Assembly: GCA_016932415.1 (NCBI GenBank)
Contig: JAFGCX010000034.1
Coordinates: 9,002 to 73,001 of the forward strand
Source: Candidatus Krumholzibacteriota bacterium
Lineage (GTDB): Bacteria > Krumholzibacteriota > Krumholzibacteriia > Krumholzibacteriales > Krumholzibacteriaceae
Length of the DNA stretch: 64,000 bases
Direction of reading: 5' to 3'
Position numbers and translations under genes: made by a program. The notes beneath the pieces are model-generated. The model did not search any database, was not told the DNA's origin, and saw nothing but the letters and a program-made list of their open reading frames with translations. Below are positions 10,442 to 18,819 of this stretch, one piece after another. Every line of letters starts with the position of its first letter. The first letter of the stretch is position 1.

Positions 10442-10512
10442 TGGGGCGTCGTCAAGTGGCAAGACACAGGATTTTGGTTCCTGCATCGGAGGTTCGAATC
10501 CTCCCGCCCCAG
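10442..10512 (+). tRNA. tRNA-Gln (anticodon UUG)
   Basis: Cloverleaf readable by eye: acceptor TGGGGCG/CGCCCCA, D-arm GTC-AAGTGGCAA-GAC, anticodon stem CAGGA/TCCTG with loop TTTTGGT (anticodon TTG), T-arm GGAGG-TTCGAAT-CCTCC, discriminator G; CCA not encoded. Confidence 0.8.
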
Positions 10513-10525
10513 CTATAAAGGCTGC

Positions 10526-10550
10526 GTGACCGGGAAGGTCATTTTTTTTT
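10526..10550 (+). terminator. Putative rho-independent terminator after tRNA-Gln
   Basis: GTGACC-GGGAA-GGTCAT hairpin (6 bp including one G-U pair) followed by T9. Confidence 0.45.
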
Positions 10551-10566
10551 CGGAGGAATTATAGAT

Positions 10567-11502
10567 ATGACTGATATGATTAAATTGCTGTCGGGCAACG
10601 CGAACCCGGATCTTTCCAGCAGGATCGCCTCGTATCTGAAGACAGACCTCTGCGATGTTGAAGTAGGAAGATTTTCCGATGGAGAGATAAGAGTCAATAT
10701 CAACGAGAATATAAGGGGCAAGGACGTCTTTATTATCCAGCCCACATTTCCTCCGGCGGAAAATCTTATGGAGCTTTTGATCCTTGTCGACGCCTGCTAC
10801 AGGGCATCAGCGAGCAGGATAACAGCGGTCATGCCATATTACGGATATGCCCGCCAGGACAGAAAAGACCAGCCCCGAGTCCCTATCACAGCAAAGCTTA
10901 TCGCTAATCTGATAGAGACGGCCGGCACCAGCAGGGTCCTCGCCCTGGAACTCCATGCTGCCCAGATCCAGGGATTTTTTGATGTTCAGGTTGATAATCT
11001 TTTTGCGGTACCGGTGCTTCTTGAATATATTAGGGGGAAAAATTTAAAGGACCTTACCGTCGTATCACCTGATGTCGGGGGGATAAAGATGGGAAGAGCC
11101 TTCGCGAAACGCCTTGGCGCGGACCTGGCGATCGTCGACAAACGCAGGACGGGAGCTGACGCGTCCGAGGTGATGAACATAATAGGTGAGGTCGATGGCA
11201 GTGATATTATTATCATTGACGATATAATAAGTACTGCCGGGACGATCACCAAGGCGGCGAAGGCTTTGAGAGATGCGGGAGCGGGAAAGATCATAGCCGC
11301 GGCGACCCATCCGGTCTTTTCCGGCGAAGCGATCGAACGGCTTGAGAGTTCCTGCATCGAAGAGGTCGTTGTTACGAATTCGATTCCGCTCAACGGCAAG
11401 GAAAGGTGTAAGAAGATCAAAGTCCTCGATATATCCGCTCTGTTGGGCGAAGCGATCATGAGGATCCATAATGAGGAATCGATCAGTATGTTATTTATCT
11501 AG
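10567..11502 (+). CDS. prs: Ribose-phosphate pyrophosphokinase
   Basis: MIKLLSGNANPDLS..., PRPP-binding and catalytic motifs (YYGYARQDRK, DDIISTAGT); GGAGGA RBS. Confidence 0.95.
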   Translation: MTDMIKLLSGNANPDLSSRIASYLKTDLCDVEVGRFSDGEIRVNINENIRGKDVFIIQPTFPPAENLMELLILVDACYRASASRITAVMPYYGYARQDRKDQPRVPITAKLIANLIETAGTSRVLALELHAAQIQGFFDVQVDNLFAVPVLLEYIRGKNLKDLTVVSPDVGGIKMGRAFAKRLGADLAIVDKRRTGADASEVMNIIGEVDGSDIIIIDDIISTAGTITKAAKALRDAGAGKIIAAATHPVFSGEAIERLESSCIEEVVVTNSIPLNGKERCKKIKVLDISALLGEAIMRIHNEESISMLFI

Positions 11503-11514
11503 TTCGGAGGAAAA

Positions 11515-12198
11515 ATGAAACAGGTAGAATTAAGCGCCCGGGTAAGATCAGATTCGGGCAAGAAAGTAGCACACACTCTGAGGTCGGGCGGAGAGATCCC
11601 CGGTATTTTATACGGACACAAGGAAGAACCCGTGTCACTGGCGATTCCAGCTCACGAATTCTGGACGATACTCCACCATGCCACGACGGAACATCTTATT
11701 CTGAGCGTGACGGTAGATGGCCTGGAAAAGGGCACCATGCTCACGCTGGTAAAGGCCGTGCAGCATCACCCTGTCACCGGTGATATCCTTCATGTCGATC
11801 TCCAGAGAATATCAAGTGATGAGAAGATCAAGGTCGGAGTTCCGGTAAACCTGATAGGCATACCGAAGGGCGTCAAGGACTTCGGCGGGATCCTAGACCA
11901 CAGGGCCAGGGAAGTCAGGATCATTTCGACTCCGGCGAATATTCCCGAGTCGATCGATATTGACGTGTCCCATCTTCTTCTCGGCGATTCGATCCACGTG
12001 GAAGATATCATCGGCCAATTCAAGGAACTTGATATCTTCGACGACGATTCGACCCTGATCGCAGCAGTCGCCGCGCCGAAAAAACTTGAACTTGAAGAGA
12101 TCGAAGCAGCGGAAGCGGCTGAAGGTGAGGAAGCAGCGGAAGGGGCTGAAGGCAAGGATTCTGAGTCTGAAGACGCTGACGAGGAAAAGAGCGACTAG
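11515..12198 (+). CDS. rplY: 50S ribosomal protein L25 / general stress protein Ctc
   Basis: N-terminal L25 fold sequence (GKKVAHTLRSGGEIPGILYGH); acidic C-terminal tail typical of Ctc-form L25; conserved prs-rplY-pth order. Confidence 0.9.
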   Translation: MKQVELSARVRSDSGKKVAHTLRSGGEIPGILYGHKEEPVSLAIPAHEFWTILHHATTEHLILSVTVDGLEKGTMLTLVKAVQHHPVTGDILHVDLQRISSDEKIKVGVPVNLIGIPKGVKDFGGILDHRAREVRIISTPANIPESIDIDVSHLLLGDSIHVEDIIGQFKELDIFDDDSTLIAAVAAPKKLELEEIEAAEAAEGEEAAEGAEGKDSESEDADEEKSD

Positions 12199-12204
12199 GC
12201 GGGT

Positions 12205-12780
12205 ATGTCCGATATATCTTTTCTTTGCGGACTTGGAAATCCCGGTGGAAAATACAGATCGACCAGACACAATCTTGGATTCGATACTCTCGATCTTCTC
12301 GCCAGGCGGAGAAAGCTCGAATGGAAGAATCGAAGGGATACGGCGCTTGTTTCAAGATGGAGCGTGGCCGGTCGGGATATCGTCCTCATCAAACCGCTCA
12401 CATATATGAACCTCTCGGCACAGGCGCTCGAGCTTTTCCCCTCGATATCCGGAGAATCCCTTCTGGTCATCTGCGACGATATAAACCTGCCACTGGGCCG
12501 TCTTAGAATAAGGGAAGGCGGGGGAAGCGGAGGCCACAGGGGGCTTGAGTCGATAAGCGGATATCTGGCAACAGACCGGTACCCGCGGCTCAGAATGGGA
12601 GCAGGCCCCTCCCCTGATGGTGAGGAATGGAGCGATTTTGTCCTTTCTCCTTTTACTGCTATTGAAAAACCGCTTGCCGAAAAAATGGTGGAAGAGGGTG
12701 TCGATGCTATCGAGTTCGTGGTACGGGAAGGTATCGAGGCTGCCCAGAGAGAGTTCAACAGGCGAATGGGTGGCCAGTGA
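12205..12780 (+). CDS. pth: Peptidyl-tRNA hydrolase
   Basis: LCGLGNPGGKYRSTRHNLGF motif; about 190 aa. Confidence 0.95.
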   Translation: MSDISFLCGLGNPGGKYRSTRHNLGFDTLDLLARRRKLEWKNRRDTALVSRWSVAGRDIVLIKPLTYMNLSAQALELFPSISGESLLVICDDINLPLGRLRIREGGGSGGHRGLESISGYLATDRYPRLRMGAGPSPDGEEWSDFVLSPFTAIEKPLAEKMVEEGVDAIEFVVREGIEAAQREFNRRMGGQ

Positions 12781-12805
12781 GAGCTGGATAAGCTTATTAT
12801 CTGTC

Positions 12806-12834
12806 TTGACTGTGCCGTGCGTCTTTGCTATATT
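12806..12834 (+). promoter_or_regulatory. Sigma70-type promoter for the rpsF-rpsR-rplI operon
   Basis: TTGACT - 17 nt - TATATT read directly in sequence; about 125-nt leader to the rpsF ATG. Confidence 0.6.
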
Positions 12835-12962
12835 GCCAGGACTGAAGGCCTGCCATTCACCAGGTGTTTTTTAAGGCAGGCGATAAAATCAATGATTGAA
12901 TCCCTACTTTCCCACTGAAGAGGAAGGGAAAGTCGAGAACGTCCGAAGGGAGGAACCCGCCA

Positions 12963-13295
12963 ATGCGTGCCTATGAGTGCGTTTATATCCTTGACCCATC
13001 TCTTGAAGAAATGGCTGTCAAAGAGAAGACAACCCGTTTCGACGAGATCGTGAAATCCAGGAAAGGTTCGGTCGAGACGATCGATATCTGGGGTAAACGG
13101 AGGCTTGCGTATCCGATCGCCAAGAAATTCGAAGGGACATATGTCCTTATGCGATTTCATGGAAATAATGAGATCCTTGAAGAACTCAACAGGATATACA
13201 GGTTCGACGATGCCGTTTTACGTCATCTTATCGTCATCGATGAAAATCCGCCGGCTGTAAAAGCTGAAACTGCAACCGACGAGATAATGGAGTAG
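12963..13295 (+). CDS. rpsF: 30S ribosomal protein S6
   Basis: [14 protein letters not shown]...[11 protein letters not shown] canonical S6. Confidence 0.95.
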   Translation: MRAYECVYILDPSLEEMAVKEKTTRFDEIVKSRKGSVETIDIWGKRRLAYPIAKKFEGTYVLMRFHGNNEILEELNRIYRFDDAVLRHLIVIDENPPAVKAETATDEIME

Positions 13296-13300
13296 TAAAA

Positions 13301-13558
13301 ATGGGTGGAAAATCTATAGCAAAGAAGAAGAAAAAAGACAGGAAGACAACGAATAAGCCGTGCCGTTTCTGCGCCGACAAGCTCAGTATCGATTACAAGG
13401 ACGATGTGCTTCTGCGCCGGTTTATTACCGACAGGGGGAAGATCTCTCCCAGGAGGATAACCGGTACCTGCGCGCGTCACCAGAGACAGCTTGCGCACGC
13501 TATAAAACGGGCCAGGGCGATCGCGCTCCTGCCGTTCGTAAAGATATATTTCCGATAG
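13301..13558 (+). CDS. rpsR: 30S ribosomal protein S18
   Basis: [44 protein letters not shown] canonical S18. Confidence 0.95.
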   Translation: MGGKSIAKKKKKDRKTTNKPCRFCADKLSIDYKDDVLLRRFITDRGKISPRRITGTCARHQRQLAHAIKRARAIALLPFVKIYFR

Positions 13559-13570
13559 GGAGAGTTTGAA

Positions 13571-14014
13571 ATGGAACTATTATTGAAAACCAGCGTTCCC
13601 GGACTCGGAGAGCGTGGAGACATAGTCAAAGTCAAGCCTGGCTACGCGAGAAACTATCTTTTGCCGAAGAAGATGGCCGTGCCTGCTACCGAATCGATGA
13701 AGAGAGTGATTTTACAGGAGAATCGCCTTATCGAGATCAGGGAAGACAAGGTCAAGCGTTCTCTTCAGGAAGTGGCAAAGAAGATGAAGGACCTTTCCTG
13801 TACGATCGTCGTCCAGGCGGGTGAAGAAGACAAGTTATACGGCAGCGTGACCGCCCATGATATCGCTGAAGCGATATCGCAGCAGGGATTCGATGTCGAT
13901 CAGAAGATGGTCATGCTGGAGGACCCGATCAAGATGCTGGGCGTCTATACTGTTGATATACGGATCCATCGAGAGATCGAACTGCCCGTAAAGATCTGGG
14001 TTGTAAAAGAATAG
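13571..14014 (+). CDS. rplI: 50S ribosomal protein L9
   Basis: MELLLKTSVPGLGERGDIVKVKPGYARNYLLP canonical L9. Confidence 0.95.
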   Translation: MELLLKTSVPGLGERGDIVKVKPGYARNYLLPKKMAVPATESMKRVILQENRLIEIREDKVKRSLQEVAKKMKDLSCTIVVQAGEEDKLYGSVTAHDIAEAISQQGFDVDQKMVMLEDPIKMLGVYTVDIRIHREIELPVKIWVVKE

Positions 14015-14042
14015 GGTATAAGCCGGAGACAGGAGGTCTGTC

Positions 14043-15419
14043 ATCGATATCCCGAAAAATATATTCAGGGAATATGATATAAGGGGCCTGGTCGACAAGG
14101 ATCTTACTCCCGATAACGTAAGATTGCTCGGTGGAGCTATCGCGGTGACGTTGCGACGTGAAGATATCGGTACGGCAGTCGTCGGAAGAGATGTACGCCC
14201 CAGTAGCAACAGTTATTTTGATGCGATGACCGACGGGCTTATGAAGGGTGGGATCGATGTTGTCGATATAGGGACAGTTCCCACACCAGTGCTTTATTTC
14301 GCCGCTGAAAGATGGGGCATCAGGGGCGGAGTAATGATAACGGCAAGTCATAATCCAGCAGAATTCAACGGATTCAAAATAATCCGGGGCGACGGATCGG
14401 TATATGGCAAGGATATTCTCGAACTCCACGCGATCATAGAAGCTGGTGGTCTTTACTCGGATGGAAACGGGAAAATGACAAAGAGGGATGCCAACAGCGA
14501 ATATATTGAATATCTCGTTTCCAATATCAAGCTGGCAAGGCCTGTCAGGTTCGCCATTGATGGCGGCAACGGGACGTCGGGGATATCGGCTCCGGAGATA
14601 TTCAGGAGACTCGGTTGTGACCCCGTCGAACTTTTCATGGAGCCGGATGGCACTTTTCCCAACCACCACCCCGATCCTACCGTTGAAAAAAATCTCGTGG
14701 ACCTGAAAAAGGCTGTTATCGAGGGTGGTCTTGAACTCGGCATAGGATTCGATGGAGATACCGACAGGATCGGAGTCCTTGATGATAAAGGGAATATCAT
14801 CCGCGGAGACAGCCTCCTGGCGATATACAGCAGAGAAATTCTTGCCGATAATCCAGGTTCGTCGGTTATCTTCGAAGTTAAATGCTCACAGGGACTCGAA
14901 GAGGATATTTTAGCCCATGGCGGAAAACCAATCATGTGGAAAACGGGGCATTCTCTTATAAAAAAGAAGATGAAGGAAGAGGGAGCTCTTCTTGCCGGTG
15001 AGATGAGCGGCCACCAGTTTTTCGCCGACAGGTATTTCGGTTTTGATGACGCGATATACGCTGCGTGCAGGCTTCTCGAAATCGTTTCGAGGAGTGAAGT
15101 CCCTCTCAGTGAAATTTATAAGAGTCTTCCTCAATATATCAATACCCCGGAGATTCGTGTCGATTGCACCGATGAAAGCAAATTCAGAATAGTGAACGAG
15201 ATACGGGATTATTTCAGGGCGACGAGGGAAGTCATAGATGTAGATGGCGCCAGGGTAAGATTCGACAAGGGATGGGGTCTGATAAGGGCTTCGAATACTC
15301 AACCTGTGCTGGTCCTGAGGTTCGAAGCGACCGATAAAGAAGCTCTCGATGAGATCCGAAGGGAATTCTTCGCCATACTCGGTAAATATATCGATATTTC
15401 GGGAATTATCGATGGATGA
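14043..15419 (+). CDS. Phosphohexomutase (phosphomannomutase / phosphoglucosamine mutase family)
   Basis: Active-site TASHNPAEFNG, metal loop GFDGDTDR, C-terminal RASNTQPVLVLRFEA. The conserved N-terminal IFREYDIRG (equivalent of GlmM YFGTDGIRG) lies upstream of the first canonical start (TTG 14124) and after an in-frame TAA at 14019, implying a non-canonical start (ATC 14043, 6 nt after AGGAGG). Confidence 0.8.
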   Translation: MDIPKNIFREYDIRGLVDKDLTPDNVRLLGGAIAVTLRREDIGTAVVGRDVRPSSNSYFDAMTDGLMKGGIDVVDIGTVPTPVLYFAAERWGIRGGVMITASHNPAEFNGFKIIRGDGSVYGKDILELHAIIEAGGLYSDGNGKMTKRDANSEYIEYLVSNIKLARPVRFAIDGGNGTSGISAPEIFRRLGCDPVELFMEPDGTFPNHHPDPTVEKNLVDLKKAVIEGGLELGIGFDGDTDRIGVLDDKGNIIRGDSLLAIYSREILADNPGSSVIFEVKCSQGLEEDILAHGGKPIMWKTGHSLIKKKMKEEGALLAGEMSGHQFFADRYFGFDDAIYAACRLLEIVSRSEVPLSEIYKSLPQYINTPEIRVDCTDESKFRIVNEIRDYFRATREVIDVDGARVRFDKGWGLIRASNTQPVLVLRFEATDKEALDEIRREFFAILGKYIDISGIIDG

Positions 15420-15473
15420 TACCGTATAATATCAAGCCTGGTTGAATCATTTCTGTCGCTTTCGATCCTGATT

Positions 15474-16553
15474 GTGGGGTATATAGTGTACGCTGCCATC
15501 CTTGCAGGAGGAAAAGGTAAACGCTTCTGGCCTTTGAGCAGAGCTGAGAGACCGAAACAGTTTATAGATATATCCGGTTCTGGAACAATGCTGTCAGTTA
15601 CATTTGACAGGGTCTCATCACTGATCGACCCCTCGAAGATATTCGTCCTTACCGTCGAGAGCCAGGTCGATCTGGTCCACCAGCAGCTTCCACTGATACC
15701 CGAAGCCAATATATTTCCCGAACCTGCCGGAAGAAACACCGCCCCTTCCCTTGCCGTAGCGGCGGCGATGGCCCTGGCAGCGGGAGATGATGAACCTCTG
15801 CTCTGCTGTCCGTCAGATCATATAATAAACGATGCTTCGTCATTTGAAAGAGTCGTCAGGCAAGCTGCCGTGATAGCTTCGAAGCAGGATATTCTGATCA
15901 CTTTCGGAATCAGGCCGGTTTATCCTTCCACGGGATACGGCTATATAGAATCGGGTAGCCCCCTGGATGGTGGAAATGGCGATATCTATTCAGTCAGCAG
16001 ATTCCATGAAAAACCGGAAATAGAAAAGGCTCGCGATTATATAAACAGGAGCGGATATTACTGGAACAGCGGGATCTTCATGTGGAGGCCGTCAGTATTC
16101 CTCGACGCTTGGAAAAGGTTTGTCCCTGAGGGAACGGAACCGCTCGAGAGGATCTCCGAAGCGATAGGATCAAACCGGTTCATCGATACAGTCGGCCATC
16201 AATATCCATTGATGCCGGCGGTATCAGTCGATTACGGGATACTGGAGAAAGCCGATAATGTGGCGGTCATACCCGCCGATCTCGGCTGGAACGACGTCGG
16301 ATCATGGGACGCTCTCTATGATATTCTTCCCGCGGACGAAGACGGGAACAGAAGCCCGGGAAAAGTCGAATCGATCGATTCGACGGGCAATCTCTTCTTT
16401 CATCCGGGAGGAACGATCGCGGCTATTGGAGTGAAAGATCTGATAATAGTTGTAGATGGCGATACAGTCATGGTATGCGGCAAGGGAGAAAGCCAGCGCG
16501 TCAGGAGTCTGGTCGAGAAGATGGAAAAAGAAGGAAAAAAGGAGATTCTTTAG
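15474..16553 (+). CDS. Mannose-1-phosphate guanylyltransferase (GDP-mannose pyrophosphorylase)
   Basis: N-terminal nucleotidyltransferase motif ILAGGKGKRFWPLSRAERPKQF; about 360 aa ManC/GMP-like; GTG start. Confidence 0.85.
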   Translation: MGYIVYAAILAGGKGKRFWPLSRAERPKQFIDISGSGTMLSVTFDRVSSLIDPSKIFVLTVESQVDLVHQQLPLIPEANIFPEPAGRNTAPSLAVAAAMALAAGDDEPLLCCPSDHIINDASSFERVVRQAAVIASKQDILITFGIRPVYPSTGYGYIESGSPLDGGNGDIYSVSRFHEKPEIEKARDYINRSGYYWNSGIFMWRPSVFLDAWKRFVPEGTEPLERISEAIGSNRFIDTVGHQYPLMPAVSVDYGILEKADNVAVIPADLGWNDVGSWDALYDILPADEDGNRSPGKVESIDSTGNLFFHPGGTIAAIGVKDLIIVVDGDTVMVCGKGESQRVRSLVEKMEKEGKKEIL

Positions 16554-16577
16554 GACAGAGAGCAACAGGAGGTCGAA

Positions 16578-17780
16578 ATGACAGGGAAAAAAATACTGTT
16601 GGCAGTATTTTTAATGATACCGGGATTGATTCTCGTATCATGCGGGGAAAAGGACAAACCCCTGCAGATCAATGAAGGCGTTGCCGCCAGGATCGGAGAC
16701 AGGAAATTGACGGAAAGTGAGATCGACGAGATCTTCGAGACCCTGCCCGAAAATCAGAAAGATGATTTCAAAGGACCGAGAGGAAGGGCGAAGTTCGTCG
16801 ATATGGTAATAAATGATGAACTGCTCTTCCTTGCCGCGAAAAACATGAATCTCGCGAATGATCCCGAGACGAAGAAACAGATAGAGGTCGTGACGAGGAA
16901 GGTGCTCGTCTCCGCCTATTACAAAAAGCAGATCTTCGATAAAATCGAGATCTCTGATGAAGAGATCGAATCGTATTATAAAGACCATGAAGAAAGGTAC
17001 ACAAACAAGGCGATAATAAAAGCCCAGCATATTTTTTCCGTCGACAGCATGAAATGCGTCGCCTGGAAGAAAAGGATCGAAAATGGGGAAAAATTCAGCG
17101 CCATTGCCAAAGCCGAGTCAGAGGACAAATCCTCGGCGGAAGCTTACGGGTCGCTCGGTTATTTCAACACTGACGGTTATGTCAAATTCATCGGTGATTC
17201 AAAGGAGTTCAATGACGCTATTAAAGACCTCGAAACAGGCGAGATGAGCGATGTTATCAAACATAGAAAGGGATATTCGCTCGTTCGCATAAACGATAAA
17301 AAACCGGAATCGTTAAAACCTCTTTCCGAGGTGAGAAAGAGCATAATCGATATAATAAAGCAGGAAAAAGCGAAAGCCTCGATGGAGGTCGAGATAGAGT
17401 CATTGAGAGATAAATTCAAACCGGTAAATTATGCCCAGGAAGTCGTCATCGCGACGACCAGGACTCCCGAGCAGCTCTGGGAGATCGCCCAGGCTGAAGA
17501 CGCCGCGTATACCCGCGTTCTTTATTACAGGGAACTCGTCAACAAATATCCGGAACATAAATATGCCGCGCAGGCGCTTTTTATGATCGGATTCGTCTAT
17601 GGAGAAGAACTGAAGGACCTCACCCAGGCGCAGAGGACGTATAACGAACTCCTGGAAAAATATCCTGATTCTGAAGTCGCCAAATCGGCTGAATGGATGC
17701 TGGAAAATCTTCACAAGGAACATCCTAAATTCGAATCGATTGAAAATGTCCATGAAGAGATGAAGAAGGAAAGCGAGTAG
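16578..17780 (+). CDS. Peptidyl-prolyl cis-trans isomerase lipoprotein (SurA/PrsA-like, parvulin domain)
   Basis: Lipoprotein signal with lipobox LILVSC; SurA-like N-terminal domain; parvulin/PpiC core (KAQHIF...SLGYFNTDG...GYSLVRI); C-terminal TPR-like helix pair. Confidence 0.75.
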   Translation: MTGKKILLAVFLMIPGLILVSCGEKDKPLQINEGVAARIGDRKLTESEIDEIFETLPENQKDDFKGPRGRAKFVDMVINDELLFLAAKNMNLANDPETKKQIEVVTRKVLVSAYYKKQIFDKIEISDEEIESYYKDHEERYTNKAIIKAQHIFSVDSMKCVAWKKRIENGEKFSAIAKAESEDKSSAEAYGSLGYFNTDGYVKFIGDSKEFNDAIKDLETGEMSDVIKHRKGYSLVRINDKKPESLKPLSEVRKSIIDIIKQEKAKASMEVEIESLRDKFKPVNYAQEVVIATTRTPEQLWEIAQAEDAAYTRVLYYRELVNKYPEHKYAAQALFMIGFVYGEELKDLTQAQRTYNELLEKYPDSEVAKSAEWMLENLHKEHPKFESIENVHEEMKKESE

Positions 17781-17788
17781 AGACCGCG

Positions 17789-18274
17789 ATGGAACTTATC
17801 CAGGTCTACGTAAGCGCGATAGCGATCGACAAGGAGAGGGAGCATCCCGTCGTCCTTCTCAAGGCGGAGGGTGATGAGGAGATAATGCCGATATGGATAG
17901 GTCCCGCTGAGGCGTCTGCAATTTATACTGCCCTCTCCGGCAGTACTTTTGAAAGACCTATGACGCATGATCTGCTCAAACTGATAGTCGAGGAACTCGG
18001 AGCTGTCGTGAGCGCCATCGAGATAACAGGGATGCAGAAAGACACATACTTCGCGCGGATCATCCTTCAAAGAGGAGAGGAAGTCTTTTATATAGACGCC
18101 AGACCGAGTGATTCGATATCGCTGGCGCTGCGCTGCGGTTCACCGCTTTTCATGGAGAAGGAACTTTTTCATAAATTCAAAAGGGACCTGAAAGTCGGGA
18201 AGAACGCCGGGGAAGAGATCAAAAAACATTTCAGGGAACTCGACCCGGGCGAATTCGGAGATATTGATCTATAG
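17789..18274 (+). CDS. Bifunctional nuclease family protein (BFN/DUF151)
   Basis: MELIQVYVSAIAIDKEREHPVVLLKAEGDEEIMPIWIGPAEASAI...RPMTHDLL pattern typical of the BFN domain. Confidence 0.7.
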   Translation: MELIQVYVSAIAIDKEREHPVVLLKAEGDEEIMPIWIGPAEASAIYTALSGSTFERPMTHDLLKLIVEELGAVVSAIEITGMQKDTYFARIILQRGEEVFYIDARPSDSISLALRCGSPLFMEKELFHKFKRDLKVGKNAGEEIKKHFRELDPGEFGDIDL

Positions 18275-18284
18275 GAGGAATCTG

Positions 18285-18809
18285 TTGATCGAGCCTTTTC
18301 AGGGGATCAGCCCCGTCATCGGCAGTGATGTATATATAGCCGGCAGCGCGAGCGTAATCGGAGAGGTGACTATCGGCAACCGGTCGAGCGTGTGGCATGG
18401 GGCGGTCGTGAGGGGTGACTGTTGGAAGATCAGCATCGGCGAATCGACGAACATTCAGGATTGCTGCGTCTGTCACGTGACGACTGGAGGTCCGCCGCTG
18501 ATAATAGGAGATAATGTGACTGTCGGGCACGGAGCAGTGCTTCACTCCTGCATGATCGGGAACGGATCGTTGATTGGTATGGGCGCGGTAGTCCTCGACG
18601 GAGCGGAGATCGGAGAGGGATCGATCATAGCGGCTAACAGTGTCGTGCTCGAGAATACCGTCATACCTCCCGGATCGCTGGTCGCCGGTGTTCCCGGGTC
18701 CGTGAAGAAAAAGATCGACGCGGATTCGCGGTCCAGGCTTGTCGAACAGGCGCGGGAATACCATCAACTGGCGTTGTCATATCTGGGATCAGGCAATTTC
18801 TCGCGTTAA
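18285..18809 (+). CDS. Gamma-carbonic anhydrase family / hexapeptide-repeat protein
   Basis: Left-handed beta-helix hexapeptide repeats and gamma-CA-like N-terminus (IGSDVYIAGSASVIGEVTIGNRSSVWHGAVVRGD); TTG 18285 six nt after AGGAGG is preferred over the track start 18264. Confidence 0.8.
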   Translation: MIEPFQGISPVIGSDVYIAGSASVIGEVTIGNRSSVWHGAVVRGDCWKISIGESTNIQDCCVCHVTTGGPPLIIGDNVTVGHGAVLHSCMIGNGSLIGMGAVVLDGAEIGEGSIIAANSVVLENTVIPPGSLVAGVPGSVKKKIDADSRSRLVEQAREYHQLALSYLGSGNFSR

Positions 18810-18819
18810 GGATGTCTTT

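Noticed and set aside
13929-14669. 246-aa minus-strand ORF
   Set aside because: Antisense to the rplI 3' end and the phosphohexomutase gene, which has clear active-site motifs.
18739-18819. Track start 18739 for the LpoA-like gene
   Set aside because: It overlaps the gamma-CA gene end. The downstream ATG 18820 has an RBS and starts a canonical signal peptide (MRMRSLLFLVLVYL...).
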